In this document: positions 52,515 through 62,502 of the stretch, piece after piece | Position numbering within the stretch: position 1 is the first letter of the stretch | Layout: each line of letters begins with the position of its first letter | NCBI GenBank assembly: GCA_035576005.1 | Contig: DATLXH010000109.1 | Location: 33,058-97,057 of the forward strand | Direction of reading: 5' to 3' | Origin: Thermoanaerobaculia bacterium | GTDB taxonomy: Bacteria; Acidobacteriota; Thermoanaerobaculia; Gp7-AA8 | DNA length: 64,000 bases | The notes under the pieces: generated by a model | Told to the model about the DNA's origin: nothing | What the model saw: the letters and a program-made list of their open reading frames with translations, nothing else | Databases searched by the model: none | Program-made: the position numbers and the translations under genes

Positions 52515-53429
52515 TCACGCTGTCGGTTGCTCGACAAGGGGCTGCTGACTGTTGCGCACGATGTAGCGCACCGAGCACTCGGCGAATCCTTCGCACCGGA
52601 CACAATACCGATCCTCATTTTCCGGCTTGAAGTCTGCGGGCGAGGGACAGATATTGACTCCACGGACGATCTCTGCCGTCTGCGCCTGTCGCAGTGACTC
52701 GATTTCAGGCTGGACTCCCCCACTGAGGCTCTCCTTGATCTGACGGAAACGGACAAGGTTCCCCTCCCCTGCCCCGTCGACAACGGGAGTCAGTGGACCC
52801 TCGGGCAGTGGATTCTGGAGCGCCGGCCGTCGCTTCCGAGGCAGCGGAAATCCCGCGTTCGTAATCAGGGAGAAATAGACGAAGCTTGCCGCAGCCCCTC
52901 CCGCGGCGGCGATGCTGGGAAGACTGCCCACGAGGACCCCAAGCAGGAGAATGCCGAGAGCGAAGTATGCAATCCATCGCACTTTGACCGGCAGCACGAG
53001 GAAAACGTAGAAAGTCTGATCGGGATTGAGCCTGGCGAAGACGAAGAGAAGCGAGTAGCTCAGAAACAACGAGCTGAGAAGGGGAGCAGGAAACAGAAGC
53101 GCCACTGCCGCGGATGCCAGCGTCGAGAGCAGGAAGAAGATCGCAAAGTGAAGCGTCCCGAGCTGCTCCTCAACCGCGGATCCCATGATGTAGAGCACCA
53201 TGAGACTGAAGAAGAGACCGAGGGCGGGACTCCCCAGAAACGACCCCTGGACGAACTGGTACGTGAACAGGCGCCAGAGCTGGCCGCTGAGTACGGCTCC
53301 CCGCTCAAACTGGAAGATGGCCTGGTAGCGCTCCTGATCCTGAATCTGCAGGAAAAAAAACGCGATGTTCAGGAAGAGCAGGACGTAAATCGAATGCAGG
53401 TTCTCGCGAGAAGATCGGATAAGCGACAT
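52515..53429 (-). CDS. rhomboid-like membrane protein, possibly catalytically inactive, with a Cys-rich C-terminal tail
   Basis: TM2 WR motif (SGQLWRLFTYQF) and TM4 IMGSAVEE (GxSx) are present. No His is seen in the TM6-like AAGGAAASF segment. The C-terminus is ICPSPADF...YCVRCEGFAEC. Confidence 0.55.
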   Translation of the reverse strand: MSLIRSSRENLHSIYVLLFLNIAFFFLQIQDQERYQAIFQFERGAVLSGQLWRLFTYQFVQGSFLGSPALGLFFSLMVLYIMGSAVEEQLGTLHFAIFFLLSTLASAAVALLFPAPLLSSLFLSYSLLFVFARLNPDQTFYVFLVLPVKVRWIAYFALGILLLGVLVGSLPSIAAAGGAAASFVYFSLITNAGFPLPRKRRPALQNPLPEGPLTPVVDGAGEGNLVRFRQIKESLSGGVQPEIESLRQAQTAEIVRGVNICPSPADFKPENEDRYCVRCEGFAECSVRYIVRNSQQPLVEQPTA

Positions 53430-53486
53430 GGTTGGCTCTTTCGGGCAGGTCGGAGCCGGTAACCCCACCTCGCAGCGTCTTATTCG

Positions 53487-53978
53487 TTACCGGGCCTGCG
53501 CCCAGTCGATCCCGGCAAGGCGCAATTTCTGACCGACCGCAAGAGCATGCGCCTGCGCCTGCCCACCTGCGAGCTCGAGGACCGCGTCGGCGGGAACGCC
53601 GGGCGGGTAACTTCGACAAGGGTCCGCCTGGCACGGGACAGCATTCGAGTGGATGGCGCGAATCGTTCCATCCCTTGCGAGCCAGATCATGTCGAGCTTG
53701 ATCAGTGTATTCTTCATCCAGAACGCGTGCTCTGCGGGTGCGGGGAAGAGAAAGATCATTCCGCGATCGAGTGCAAGACTCTCCCGGAACATCAGGCCTT
53801 GTGCACGCGTCTCGTCGTTTGCAACCACTTCAACAGTTACCTCGAAGCCGTCGGGCAGCGTGACCATGGACCGGCGCTCTGTCGTACCGGTTCCGATCCC
53901 GGTAGGGAGCTGCCCCCTGTCCGCTGAGCACATCACGATCATCATCATCGACGCGAGAATAAGCCGCTCAACTTTCAT
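53487..53978 (-). CDS. DUF192 (COG1430) family secreted protein
   Basis: Signal peptide, then ...TRAQGLMFRESLALDRGMIFLFPAPAEHAFWMKNTLIKLDMIWLARDGTIRAIH, the DUF192 consensus. Confidence 0.7.
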   Translation of the reverse strand: MKVERLILASMMMIVMCSADRGQLPTGIGTGTTERRSMVTLPDGFEVTVEVVANDETRAQGLMFRESLALDRGMIFLFPAPAEHAFWMKNTLIKLDMIWLARDGTIRAIHSNAVPCQADPCRSYPPGVPADAVLELAGGQAQAHALAVGQKLRLAGIDWAQAR

Positions 53979-55380
53979 GGGGTTCCTCTGATTCAGGCTC
54001 ACTCTCTTCGTCCGTCTGCTTCGGAATCAAATCGTATTTCTTCGCATAATAACGAAACGAGCGGAATGACATCTGGAGCAGCTCGGCCGCCTGAGTCTGC
54101 ACTCCATCGGTCCGCGCCAGAGCCTTGAGCATGAAGGTCTTGCCGATGGTCTCCAGATGTTTTTCGAGACTCATGCCCTCGTCCGGGATCTCCCAGAGTC
54201 CTCCAGCCGTTTCGAGTCCCAGCACGACTTGATCCGGCAGCGAACGGGTAGTGACGACGTCCTCCGGCTCCAGAGCAATCGTCCTCTCGATCACATTCTC
54301 GAGCTCCCGCACGTTGCCGGGCCACGCATATTTTTCGAGCACGCGCATCGCATCGACCGAGATCCGCTTCTGCGGCATCCCCATGCTGCTGCAGAATTTG
54401 GAAATGAAATGGTGCGCCAGCAGGGGAATGTCCTCCTTCCGATGCCGCAACGGAGGAAGCTCGATTGGAATGACATTGATCCTGTAAAAAAGATCTTCGC
54501 GAAACGTTCCCTTCTGAATGGACTCGGCGAGATCGCGATTGGTGGCCGTCAGAATACGGACGTCTACCTGCACTTCGGCGTTACCTCCGACCTTGCGGAC
54601 AACACGGTCCTGCAGAACGCGGAGGAGTTTGATCTGCATTGCTGTGGTCATCTCTCCGATCTCGTCGAGAAAGACCGTTCCTCGCTCCGCTTCCTGCAGC
54701 AGCCCCTTCTTCTCGCGGATCGCTCCGGTAAACGCGCCTCGCTCGTGGCCGAAAAGCTCGGACTCGAGGAGATTTTCCGGAAGGGCGCCGCAGTTGATCG
54801 AAACGAATTTCCCGCGACGTCCGGAGTTGTAATGGATCGCCCGCGCGATCAGCTCTTTTCCTGTTCCTGATTCCCCGGAGATAAGGACGGTCGACGTGTT
54901 GGGAGCGATGCGGGCGACGATCGAAAAGATCTCCTGCATCTTGCGGCTTCTGCCGATGATGTTGTTGAACGTGAAGCGCTCTTCGAGCGCGTTCCGGAGA
55001 TGAATATTCTCGTCCTCGAGCTCGAGTCGCTCGAATGCTTTCCGGACGATGATCTTGAGCTCTTCGATATCGAACGGTTTGGCGATGTAGTCGAACGCTC
55101 CGGCCTTGAGTGCTTCGACAGCGGACCTGGTCGACGTGAATGCCGTGATCATGATGATCGGGAGTGACGGCTTCTGCGTCTTGACCTCTTTGATGAAGTC
55201 GATGCCGGAGCCGTCGGCCAGCATCAGATCGCAAAGAATGACGTCGGGCTCCTCTTTCGCGAACTGGATCCTGGCTTCGGCGAGGGACTCCACGCTCTCG
55301 ACCTTCCATCCTTCGCCTTCAAAGACGATGGTGAGAAAGTCGCGGAGGGAGGCTTCGTCATCAACAATAAGCAGGCTCAT
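53968..55380 (-). CDS. sigma-54-dependent response regulator (NtrC family). No cognate kinase gene is adjacent.
   Basis: Receiver MSLLIVDDEASLRDFL...ILCDLMLADGSG. AAA+ sigma54 activation domain with GESGTGKE...GAFTGA...ESELFGHE. C-terminal HTH. The start overlaps the helicase stop (ATGA). Confidence 0.92.
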   Translation of the reverse strand: MSLLIVDDEASLRDFLTIVFEGEGWKVESVESLAEARIQFAKEEPDVILCDLMLADGSGIDFIKEVKTQKPSLPIIMITAFTSTRSAVEALKAGAFDYIAKPFDIEELKIIVRKAFERLELEDENIHLRNALEERFTFNNIIGRSRKMQEIFSIVARIAPNTSTVLISGESGTGKELIARAIHYNSGRRGKFVSINCGALPENLLESELFGHERGAFTGAIREKKGLLQEAERGTVFLDEIGEMTTAMQIKLLRVLQDRVVRKVGGNAEVQVDVRILTATNRDLAESIQKGTFREDLFYRINVIPIELPPLRHRKEDIPLLAHHFISKFCSSMGMPQKRISVDAMRVLEKYAWPGNVRELENVIERTIALEPEDVVTTRSLPDQVVLGLETAGGLWEIPDEGMSLEKHLETIGKTFMLKALARTDGVQTQAAELLQMSFRSFRYYAKKYDLIPKQTDEESEPESEEPHES

Positions 55381-57554
55381 CGGGCGTGGAGATTATAGGA
55401 GTTCGCGCCGGCTGCTGCAGAACCGGCAGCAGCGCTCCAGTCATTTGTGAAGACCCCGCCCACGATTTCGATTCGGAGTGTTGACGGATTCGTCATCTCC
55501 CGAAGGTCCCATGAGAGAAGCCGCGAGAGGTAGCCCCTCCGGTCCTCGTCGAAAAACTCACCGCTCATTTCTTCGATCAGGATCTCGAGTCCGACCCGGA
55601 AACGCCCTGTGAGCAGCGCTTCAAAGTCCGGATCGAACGAGCCAGAACTGCGTAGAAGCGCTGCGAGCCGCTCACGCGAAGCAGTCTGCGATTGAAGCGA
55701 CGGCATCACGGAGCGCATGCGAGTCAACTCATCAGCCGCGCGGACAGCCTCGATGAGAGGCTCAGGCAGACCGTCGGCGTCGCGGAAATTGCGCGCGCGA
55801 CGAAGGTGTCGCGCAGCTGCGGCAGGCGCGATCTCGGTTGACAGCTCGCCCGCCAGCGTCACCTCGCGAAACCTTTTTCGCTCGCCGGAAGCAAAGACCT
55901 CATGCAGAAGGAGAACAGAATACGAAGTCGAGTGATCGACCGAAAGGTATGGCGATTCGTTTGTCGACGTCATGGAAAGAGCGTTTCCATCCGCGTCTTT
56001 GCCTGCAGGATCCGGGAGGAATCTCCGGCTCATCCTCGCCTTGCGAAGGACGATAGGCAGGAAAGATGACGCCCGGCCCTGCGACTCGTTCACGAAGTAG
56101 ATTGAGCTGACCGAAGACCGCTTCTGGCCGATACGACATGCACGAGCTTCGCGCTGCTCGAGCCGAACCATGTTCCAGGCCAGGTCGTAATGAATCACCG
56201 TACCCGCCTGCTGCAGGTTCAACCCCTCAGCGGCCATGTCGGTAGCGATCAGACAGGTGATCGCCCCTGAGCGAAATGCGTGAAAGACATCTTCGGACGT
56301 GACCCGGCCTGGCAGTCCTGCAGCCGAGCAGAGTCTGGACGACACGATTCCACATCGATGGAGCGGCGTGAGCAGCGCATAGAGAGACCGAGCCGTCGCT
56401 ACGGCCGAGGTATAGATCAACACTTCGGGCTCTTTGAGGGCAGCGAGCGTTTCCATGAGACGCGCGCGCTTCGGCTCGTCGATGTCTGAGGCAGCGACTG
56501 CCAGCCGTTCGAGCATTCTGATCTCGCGATCGATTCGGTCACCCAGTTCCGGGTCCGCTTGCGAAGGCGCTGACCAGAGATCGCGGAAAAGGACGTCCTG
56601 GAACTCGATCGCATCATCTTCGATACCAAACATCGCTCTGTAATCGCCTCTGCTCAAAAGAACACCTTTCAACCACGACTCCCGCGCACGCCGGTAGAAG
56701 CGCCCCTGGCGTCTCACCGACTCAATGAATGCGCTCCCGCTCGACTCGAGCCTCCTCCATAGAAAGGCGCGCACCAGTGCCACAGCGGATGCATCAGCCA
56801 GAAGAGGGGCATTGAGTGTCGCAATGGCCTCGGCAATCGCTGCGTGCGGATCGGATAGAGAAAAGTGGACGACACTTCGCTCCAGCCGAGCCAGTCGAAG
56901 CGCTCCCGACAAGACCTCGCGGCCGCGACGGACTATGAGCTCATCACGGATCCGCGCAATCGACTCCCGATTGCCCTGAGCAAAACTCTCCTGGAGCGAG
57001 CCGACGCCGTATGACCTGAGGAGATCATCCGCGGCGAACAGCGCGACAAGCGCGTGGAGATCTCCGATCGAATTGCAGATGGGCGTTGCCGTGATCAGTA
57101 GAACTTTGGCGCCCACCGCACGCAGCGCAAGCGATCGGTAACGCTTTCTTTTCGAGTTCCTGAACCTGTGAGCCTCATCCACGATAAGCAATCGCATTCC
57201 TTCGACTGAAGGCATGCAACCTCGCCCCGACAACGCCTCCTGACTTTCCAGAGATGCCGAAAGGCGGAATTGCTCGAGAAGGAGCGCCCACTGAGGAATG
57301 AGTGCGTGCGGAACAATCAGCTCCACTACAGCGCCGCGCGCTTCGAACCGCTGTGCTACCGCCGCCGCAATATAGGACTTTCCAAGGCCTGCGGCGTCGG
57401 CCAGGAGAACCCCTGGATAGATTTCCAGACTGCTCAGAATCCGATCGGTAGCTTCGCGCTGATGCGACGCAAGTAAGTCGGGCTCTACCTGAGTTCGCGC
57501 TTCGCGGACTTGCAAACTCATCAGAAACCGGGTGACGAGATCCTCGCTGTTCAT
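55377..57554 (-). CDS. SNF2/RAD54-family superfamily-2 helicase with a ~250-aa uncharacterised C-terminal region
   Basis: Walker A LLADAAGLGKS, DEAH-box LIVDEAHRFRN, and helicase-C motif VI HYDLAWNMVRLEQREARACRIGQK. The start overlaps the MTase stop (57551-57554). Confidence 0.85.
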   Translation of the reverse strand: MNSEDLVTRFLMSLQVREARTQVEPDLLASHQREATDRILSSLEIYPGVLLADAAGLGKSYIAAAVAQRFEARGAVVELIVPHALIPQWALLLEQFRLSASLESQEALSGRGCMPSVEGMRLLIVDEAHRFRNSKRKRYRSLALRAVGAKVLLITATPICNSIGDLHALVALFAADDLLRSYGVGSLQESFAQGNRESIARIRDELIVRRGREVLSGALRLARLERSVVHFSLSDPHAAIAEAIATLNAPLLADASAVALVRAFLWRRLESSGSAFIESVRRQGRFYRRARESWLKGVLLSRGDYRAMFGIEDDAIEFQDVLFRDLWSAPSQADPELGDRIDREIRMLERLAVAASDIDEPKRARLMETLAALKEPEVLIYTSAVATARSLYALLTPLHRCGIVSSRLCSAAGLPGRVTSEDVFHAFRSGAITCLIATDMAAEGLNLQQAGTVIHYDLAWNMVRLEQREARACRIGQKRSSVSSIYFVNESQGRASSFLPIVLRKARMSRRFLPDPAGKDADGNALSMTSTNESPYLSVDHSTSYSVLLLHEVFASGERKRFREVTLAGELSTEIAPAAAARHLRRARNFRDADGLPEPLIEAVRAADELTRMRSVMPSLQSQTASRERLAALLRSSGSFDPDFEALLTGRFRVGLEILIEEMSGEFFDEDRRGYLSRLLSWDLREMTNPSTLRIEIVGGVFTNDWSAAAGSAAAGANSYNLHAR

Positions 57555-60500
57555 CGCACGCCGAGACGACGGCGAACATAGGCGCTCAGAATCTCGTGCT
57601 CTTCGCTGGTGATTCCGAATAGTTTCTCAACGATCTGATCGATCTCCACCGCGATGTCCGGTCTGAGCACCGCCCGGCGGCCCAGCCGGACGAGATCGCC
57701 GCGGACCGCGTCGTTCGCGTGCACCTGCGGGAGCGGCAAGCGAGATACGAGCGTGCCGAAGAATCGCTGATGGAAATCCTTGGCGTGTTCCGCCGATGCG
57801 ATCGCGACGGCGTTCAGCACTGTCGAGTTGAGAAAGGCAGATAAGAAATGCGCCTCGTCAATGGAAACAGCATCCAGAAAGTACGTCGTCTGATTGGGGA
57901 TCAGAGGGAAGTCGGTCCCGGAGATCCTGACCATCTCCGGAAGTACGGCGGCCTGCAGCCCTTTGCTCACATCCTTCCAGACGACTTTCATCCCGAGGTG
58001 TTCGGGTTTGACGAACGAGAGGCGGAACGAATCGGGTGTGGTCGCCATGTGATTGGCAAGCTCGAGCACCCACGCGGGTGGATTGCTCCACCCTCGCATC
58101 GGAGGCCAGAGCATCCAGCACGAGGCACCGGCATGCCACCGTCGGACATCCCGGCCACGAACGGCACGACAGAGATGCTCGATGGGGATCCGAACGCGCG
58201 AGCCGGGTATCGACGCGCCATTCCCCGAGAGAACGAGCTCCGGTAGAAAGAAGCGATCGTTCGCGCCCGTCTTGACGCCCATCAACGGAACCCTGCCGAG
58301 AGTGTCGGAAAGGGGAGGGAAACTCTTTCGCAGCCTGTGAATCAGAGCGGAAACTTCTGGTGGAGCGAGGAGCCACTCCTGTTCGGTCACGATCTCGGCT
58401 CGGAGAGCCAGCCTCTCCTGTCCATCGCTCCAGATCGCGATGTCCCTCGTCACCCGTTGCCGCTTGGAAAGCGTGATCCCGAGAGGAAACGTATCAGCGC
58501 CAAATAGTTTCTTTCCGCGATCGCTCCAGTCGTGGAGTTGTGAGAGGTAGTTGGAGTGTCTTTCCCGCAGCTTCCATGCGTACCCTGCACTTGCAAACTT
58601 TGCCGGTACGAGCATGGACATCGCTCCACCCTCTTTCAGCAGATCAAAACTTTTCTCACAGAACGCCACGGCAAGGTCGCTCTGCTCGAACCCTTTCGAT
58701 TTTCCATCCGCGCCCCTTGCGCCAAAACTCTCATACCGGTCCCGGAACATCTGACGCGCGGCGGGCTCGATTCTCGACGATCGAACCCACGGCGGATTTC
58801 CGATGATCACGTCGAATCCCCCCTCCGAGAGGACCGCGCTGAAGTGAACATCAAACGAGAAGAAGTCGAGCTCACCCCGAAGGACGTTCGCAAGATGAAC
58901 CCTGGTTTCCTCGATTCGCCTCGCGAGGAAACTGGCAGCGTTGCTATCCACCTCGGAGCGCCTGTTGAGTCGCGGAAACAGCGGCGCATTTCCCGTCCGT
59001 ATGAACTGCAGCTCCTTTTCATCCTCAGTGATCGCGTGCTCGAGCATTGCCGCGGCAAGCTCCTCATCACCCTTGCGAAGTACGCGATACAAGTGGGGCC
59101 GCTCGTCCGGCGGCGCATGCCGGAACCTCTCGGTCATGCCCTTTCGAAGCTGAAGAGCGCATGACCACTTCTGATACAAGCTGATCCTTCCGGCTCCAAG
59201 AAAATCGAGAGGGCTGAGCAGAGCATTTCCCTGCAGGATATTTCGATCGAGATTCGGCAGTGGTCGCACGGAAGCCGCTGAAGCGGATGAGTCGGTCACG
59301 ATTGCGAGCCAGAGCCGAAGCTCGCAGAGCCGGACGGCTTCCCGTTTGAGATCGACACCGAACAGAGACCGCTCGACGATTTTCTGACGGAGATCGGGGT
59401 CCGTCGACCGCCCGACCCTTGTGTTCAGAGAGATCGTCAAACGCTCGATGCATTGAAGCGCTGACAGAAGAAACGCCCCGGAGCCGCAAGCAGGATCAAG
59501 CACGGTGAGATGCTCCAGCCGGTCCAGCAGGCCGACTGCCTGCTCGACCGACATTCCGCTCATTGGTGCTGACAAACCAGGTTTCAACGACCTGGCAAGC
59601 TCGTCATTACCCGCGGCGGCCCACAGGCTGATTGCCGAGGTAGCCAGAGCATCCACGATTTCCTTTGGCGTGTAGAAGCTGCCGCTGGACGCACGTTGAT
59701 CCGACGCCATGAGCGATTCGAAAACTTTCCCGAGCATCTCGGGATCGATATGCACTCCGTCCTCGTCGTTCTCATCGAGACAGAAAGAGAACTTCTCGAA
59801 TGTCGAAAAGATCTCCACAAGGGTCTGGTTCGACACTCTCATCCCGGCGTGATCCCTTTCGTAAGATGACGGGTCGAACAGACCACCATTCAGGTAAGGA
59901 ATCTCCCCCAGCTCGAGAGCCCGGGATGCTCGGTGAATCGGCGGTGTGTTGAGGCAGCCGAAGAAGAGCGGAACGAGCAACTCGTCGTAAAGCGGCCGCT
60001 CAGAACGGGCAAGGCGTCTGACACGATTCTTGAGAAACTGCCGGTCACCCGCCAGCCATCCTTTCTCCTGTACGAAGTGGAGAAAGAGAATTCGGGACAA
60101 CATGAGAAGTGCCTGGGATCGCGCTGCTTCCTCTGATCCGCCGTCGGATACGAGTTCGGCGGTTACCGCGACTATCGCTTCACGAAACCGGCGGAAGAAT
60201 CGCCGCGACAGAGCCTCCCGATCAAGCGCTTTATCCAACCTCGCTTCGATCTCTTCGCGATCAGGTACCGTCCCGGAATCGAGCTGAAGCTCAGTAAGAC
60301 GGCGCGAGGCCTCACTATCGGCGATGGAGAGATCAACCTCGAGGTGGCGGACACGTCCCACTGAAGTCTGATCACATAGAACGAACCATCGTGGTCGATT
60401 GTCATCTACCAAAATGATGATGATTTTTCGTAGTCGATTTCTGCGCCGATAAAATTTGAATAGATGGACGACGGCACTTCGGCCCGTCGTGCCCCTGTCT

Positions 60501-60763
60501 CTAACGAACAGGATCTCCAGAATGCCAAGAGAACAGGCGTGAAAGATCGTCAATGAGTCAGACAACTGGAAATCGAGTCCGCACTCCTGCCATATGCGCG
60601 AGCTCACAGGTCGCAAGTCGATCGGGTAGTTAAGCGAGCGGAAAAGCTCGGCGACTTCGCCGTCCCCCTCCCCACCACAACCAGCCGGTCCCGGGCTTTC
60701 ACCACCCACAGCGACGCGGCGGCTCATGCCATCCCTCGGGGTCCCGCCGCTATACTGGGCCAC
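57551..60763 (-). CDS. large gamma-class N6-adenine DNA methyltransferase (Eco57I/PglX/DrmMI-like, ~1070 aa) with a long N-terminal region and a C-terminal putative TRD. The N-terminal extent is uncertain.
   Basis: Motif X SFYTPKEIVDAL, motif I LTVLDPACGSGAFLLSAL, and motif IV VIIGNPPWVRSS (NPPW), in gamma-class order. ~500 aa follow the catalytic core. The annotated ATG lies only 5 nt from a divergent gene start, so the true start is probably internal. Confidence 0.85.
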   Translation of the reverse strand: MAQYSGGTPRDGMSRRVAVGGESPGPAGCGGEGDGEVAELFRSLNYPIDLRPVSSRIWQECGLDFQLSDSLTIFHACSLGILEILFVRDRGTTGRSAVVHLFKFYRRRNRLRKIIIILVDDNRPRWFVLCDQTSVGRVRHLEVDLSIADSEASRRLTELQLDSGTVPDREEIEARLDKALDREALSRRFFRRFREAIVAVTAELVSDGGSEEAARSQALLMLSRILFLHFVQEKGWLAGDRQFLKNRVRRLARSERPLYDELLVPLFFGCLNTPPIHRASRALELGEIPYLNGGLFDPSSYERDHAGMRVSNQTLVEIFSTFEKFSFCLDENDEDGVHIDPEMLGKVFESLMASDQRASSGSFYTPKEIVDALATSAISLWAAAGNDELARSLKPGLSAPMSGMSVEQAVGLLDRLEHLTVLDPACGSGAFLLSALQCIERLTISLNTRVGRSTDPDLRQKIVERSLFGVDLKREAVRLCELRLWLAIVTDSSASAASVRPLPNLDRNILQGNALLSPLDFLGAGRISLYQKWSCALQLRKGMTERFRHAPPDERPHLYRVLRKGDEELAAAMLEHAITEDEKELQFIRTGNAPLFPRLNRRSEVDSNAASFLARRIEETRVHLANVLRGELDFFSFDVHFSAVLSEGGFDVIIGNPPWVRSSRIEPAARQMFRDRYESFGARGADGKSKGFEQSDLAVAFCEKSFDLLKEGGAMSMLVPAKFASAGYAWKLRERHSNYLSQLHDWSDRGKKLFGADTFPLGITLSKRQRVTRDIAIWSDGQERLALRAEIVTEQEWLLAPPEVSALIHRLRKSFPPLSDTLGRVPLMGVKTGANDRFFLPELVLSGNGASIPGSRVRIPIEHLCRAVRGRDVRRWHAGASCWMLWPPMRGWSNPPAWVLELANHMATTPDSFRLSFVKPEHLGMKVVWKDVSKGLQAAVLPEMVRISGTDFPLIPNQTTYFLDAVSIDEAHFLSAFLNSTVLNAVAIASAEHAKDFHQRFFGTLVSRLPLPQVHANDAVRGDLVRLGRRAVLRPDIAVEIDQIVEKLFGITSEEHEILSAYVRRRLGVR

Positions 60764-60768
60764 CAGCG

Positions 60769-62502
60769 ATGCGACCCGGCCCTGATTACCTGAAGCGAGT
60801 GCTCGCGGGCTCTACCTTCGGGCTCTACATGGCCCACCTGCTCTACTTTCTCAATCCACAGATCGAGATCACGCCGTGGCGCATCATTCGCGCAAGCATC
60901 CTCTACGGCATCACCTGCGGCATCCTTTTCGGCTCGCTCCTCTGGCTGCTCAGAATTCTCCGCCGAAAACTTTTCCCGATTCACGCGCGAATGGGCCGGC
61001 GACATGGCTTCGGACTCACCGTCGCAGCGACGTTCTTTTCCACGATGGTGTTCTGGCTGCACACCTTCGTGCTGCGCATCTACCTTCCCATCGGCGCCGT
61101 ACGAATCCTCATCAAGGCTACCAACCTGATTGCGTTCGTAGCCTTTCTGCTGTTGATCCTCTGGGTGATCGAGCGGAATGCGACCGTGCGTGTCTCCCGA
61201 ATCCTGACTTGCGTCGGCGCCGGCCTCATTGCAGTATCGTGCGTGGTCCTTTTCCTCCGGCGCGATCGCTACCAGGAGGAGTCGAGCAACGCGCCGCCGA
61301 TACGGATCGACGCGGTGACAAACAAACGGCCTCTGCTCATCGTGGCCATTCGAGACCTTCCATACGACTGGCTGATCACGCTCAAGGGTGAAGAACGGCT
61401 CAACTTCTTCGACCGCGCAATCGACCACGATTTCTTTGCCCGGCTCGAGCCCTTTCCCACAACCAGCCCAAAGGCCCTGTGGGCGTCTCTGGTCACCGGC
61501 AAGCTTCCCCACCGGCATGGGGTGACAGGCCGGTTCTCCTACGAGAGCTTCTTTACGGGCAGCGGTCACGACGGCCGCTTTCTGATCCTTCCAGCCGGAG
61601 TTGGTTTCCGGGTCTGGGGGCTTCTCCCACCAGTCCGCCGCATCTCGGCGCAGCTCCCCTCCGGGGACGCACTGCCATTCTGGTCTGCCTTCGAGCGGCT
61701 CGGCGTTCAATCGAGCGTGATCGGGTGGCCGTCGACGAACGTCCGGCACAATCCGGCCTCCTTCATGGTGACCGAAACGTTTCTTCGCCAGGGAAAAGGG
61801 GGGAACGAGATCACCCCTGTATCGCGGAACGCCGAGATCGCGGCTTTGCTCCGGTCGCCGAGCAGCAAGGATCCCAGTCGCTTTTCCCAACTCCCGACTC
61901 CAGCAGCTTCCGTAGCAAGGCAAGCTCTCGCTTTCGATCTGTCCGCCGTAGCGATCGCCCGCTCGGAGCTCCGAGAATCGCCGCGTCCTCTCACTGTCCT
62001 CTCCCTTGGCGGATTCGCCGACGTTCAAAATTCGGTGGGAATCGATTCGAATCGCCTCCCCGACGCAACAAGCAGCCGGGGTCGCGTGGTGCGCGCCTAC
62101 ATCGAGGAGCTCGACTCGCTTCTCGGGTCCATCGAGCAGCAGTTTCCCGAGCAGACCATCATTGTGGTCTCGCCATCGGGACCCAGTCCTCCGGCCATCC
62201 CTGCGCATCCCATAGCAGTCGCAATCAAAGTGATGAAGGACGACGATCCGGGAGTCGAAGATGGATTCGTGATGATCCATGGCGCAGGGATGAGGTCTCG
62301 CCCCAATCCTCAGCCGGCACGTACCGTCGATATCGTACCGACCATGTTGTTCATCTCCGGACTCCCGATCGCGCGTGACATGGATGGACGCATCCTGACG
62401 GAGGCCTTCGACGACGACTTTCTCCGGGTTCACGCTCTGTCGCTGATTCACACCTACGAACCGGAGGAGGCGCCACTCACCAGTCGCGGTGGGCGCCGCT
62501 AA
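60769..62502 (+). CDS. membrane-anchored alkaline-phosphatase-superfamily enzyme (type I phosphodiesterase / nucleotide pyrophosphatase-like)
   Basis: Five N-terminal TM helices, then ...LLIVAIRDLPYDW...FPTTSPKALWASLVTGKLPHRHGVTG. This resembles the NPP motifs SID..R.D and PT.TFPNH.S..TG..P..HGI. The opposing 652-aa ORF is compositionally implausible. Confidence 0.62.
   Translation: MRPGPDYLKRVLAGSTFGLYMAHLLYFLNPQIEITPWRIIRASILYGITCGILFGSLLWLLRILRRKLFPIHARMGRRHGFGLTVAATFFSTMVFWLHTFVLRIYLPIGAVRILIKATNLIAFVAFLLLILWVIERNATVRVSRILTCVGAGLIAVSCVVLFLRRDRYQEESSNAPPIRIDAVTNKRPLLIVAIRDLPYDWLITLKGEERLNFFDRAIDHDFFARLEPFPTTSPKALWASLVTGKLPHRHGVTGRFSYESFFTGSGHDGRFLILPAGVGFRVWGLLPPVRRISAQLPSGDALPFWSAFERLGVQSSVIGWPSTNVRHNPASFMVTETFLRQGKGGNEITPVSRNAEIAALLRSPSSKDPSRFSQLPTPAASVARQALAFDLSAVAIARSELRESPRPLTVLSLGGFADVQNSVGIDSNRLPDATSSRGRVVRAYIEELDSLLGSIEQQFPEQTIIVVSPSGPSPPAIPAHPIAVAIKVMKDDDPGVEDGFVMIHGAGMRSRPNPQPARTVDIVPTMLFISGLPIARDMDGRILTEAFDDDFLRVHALSLIHTYEPEEAPLTSRGGRR

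Noticed and set aside
54581-55309. 242-aa alternative-frame ORF within the NtrC gene
   Set aside because: R/P/G-rich off-frame translation. The in-frame product has complete receiver, AAA+ and HTH domains.
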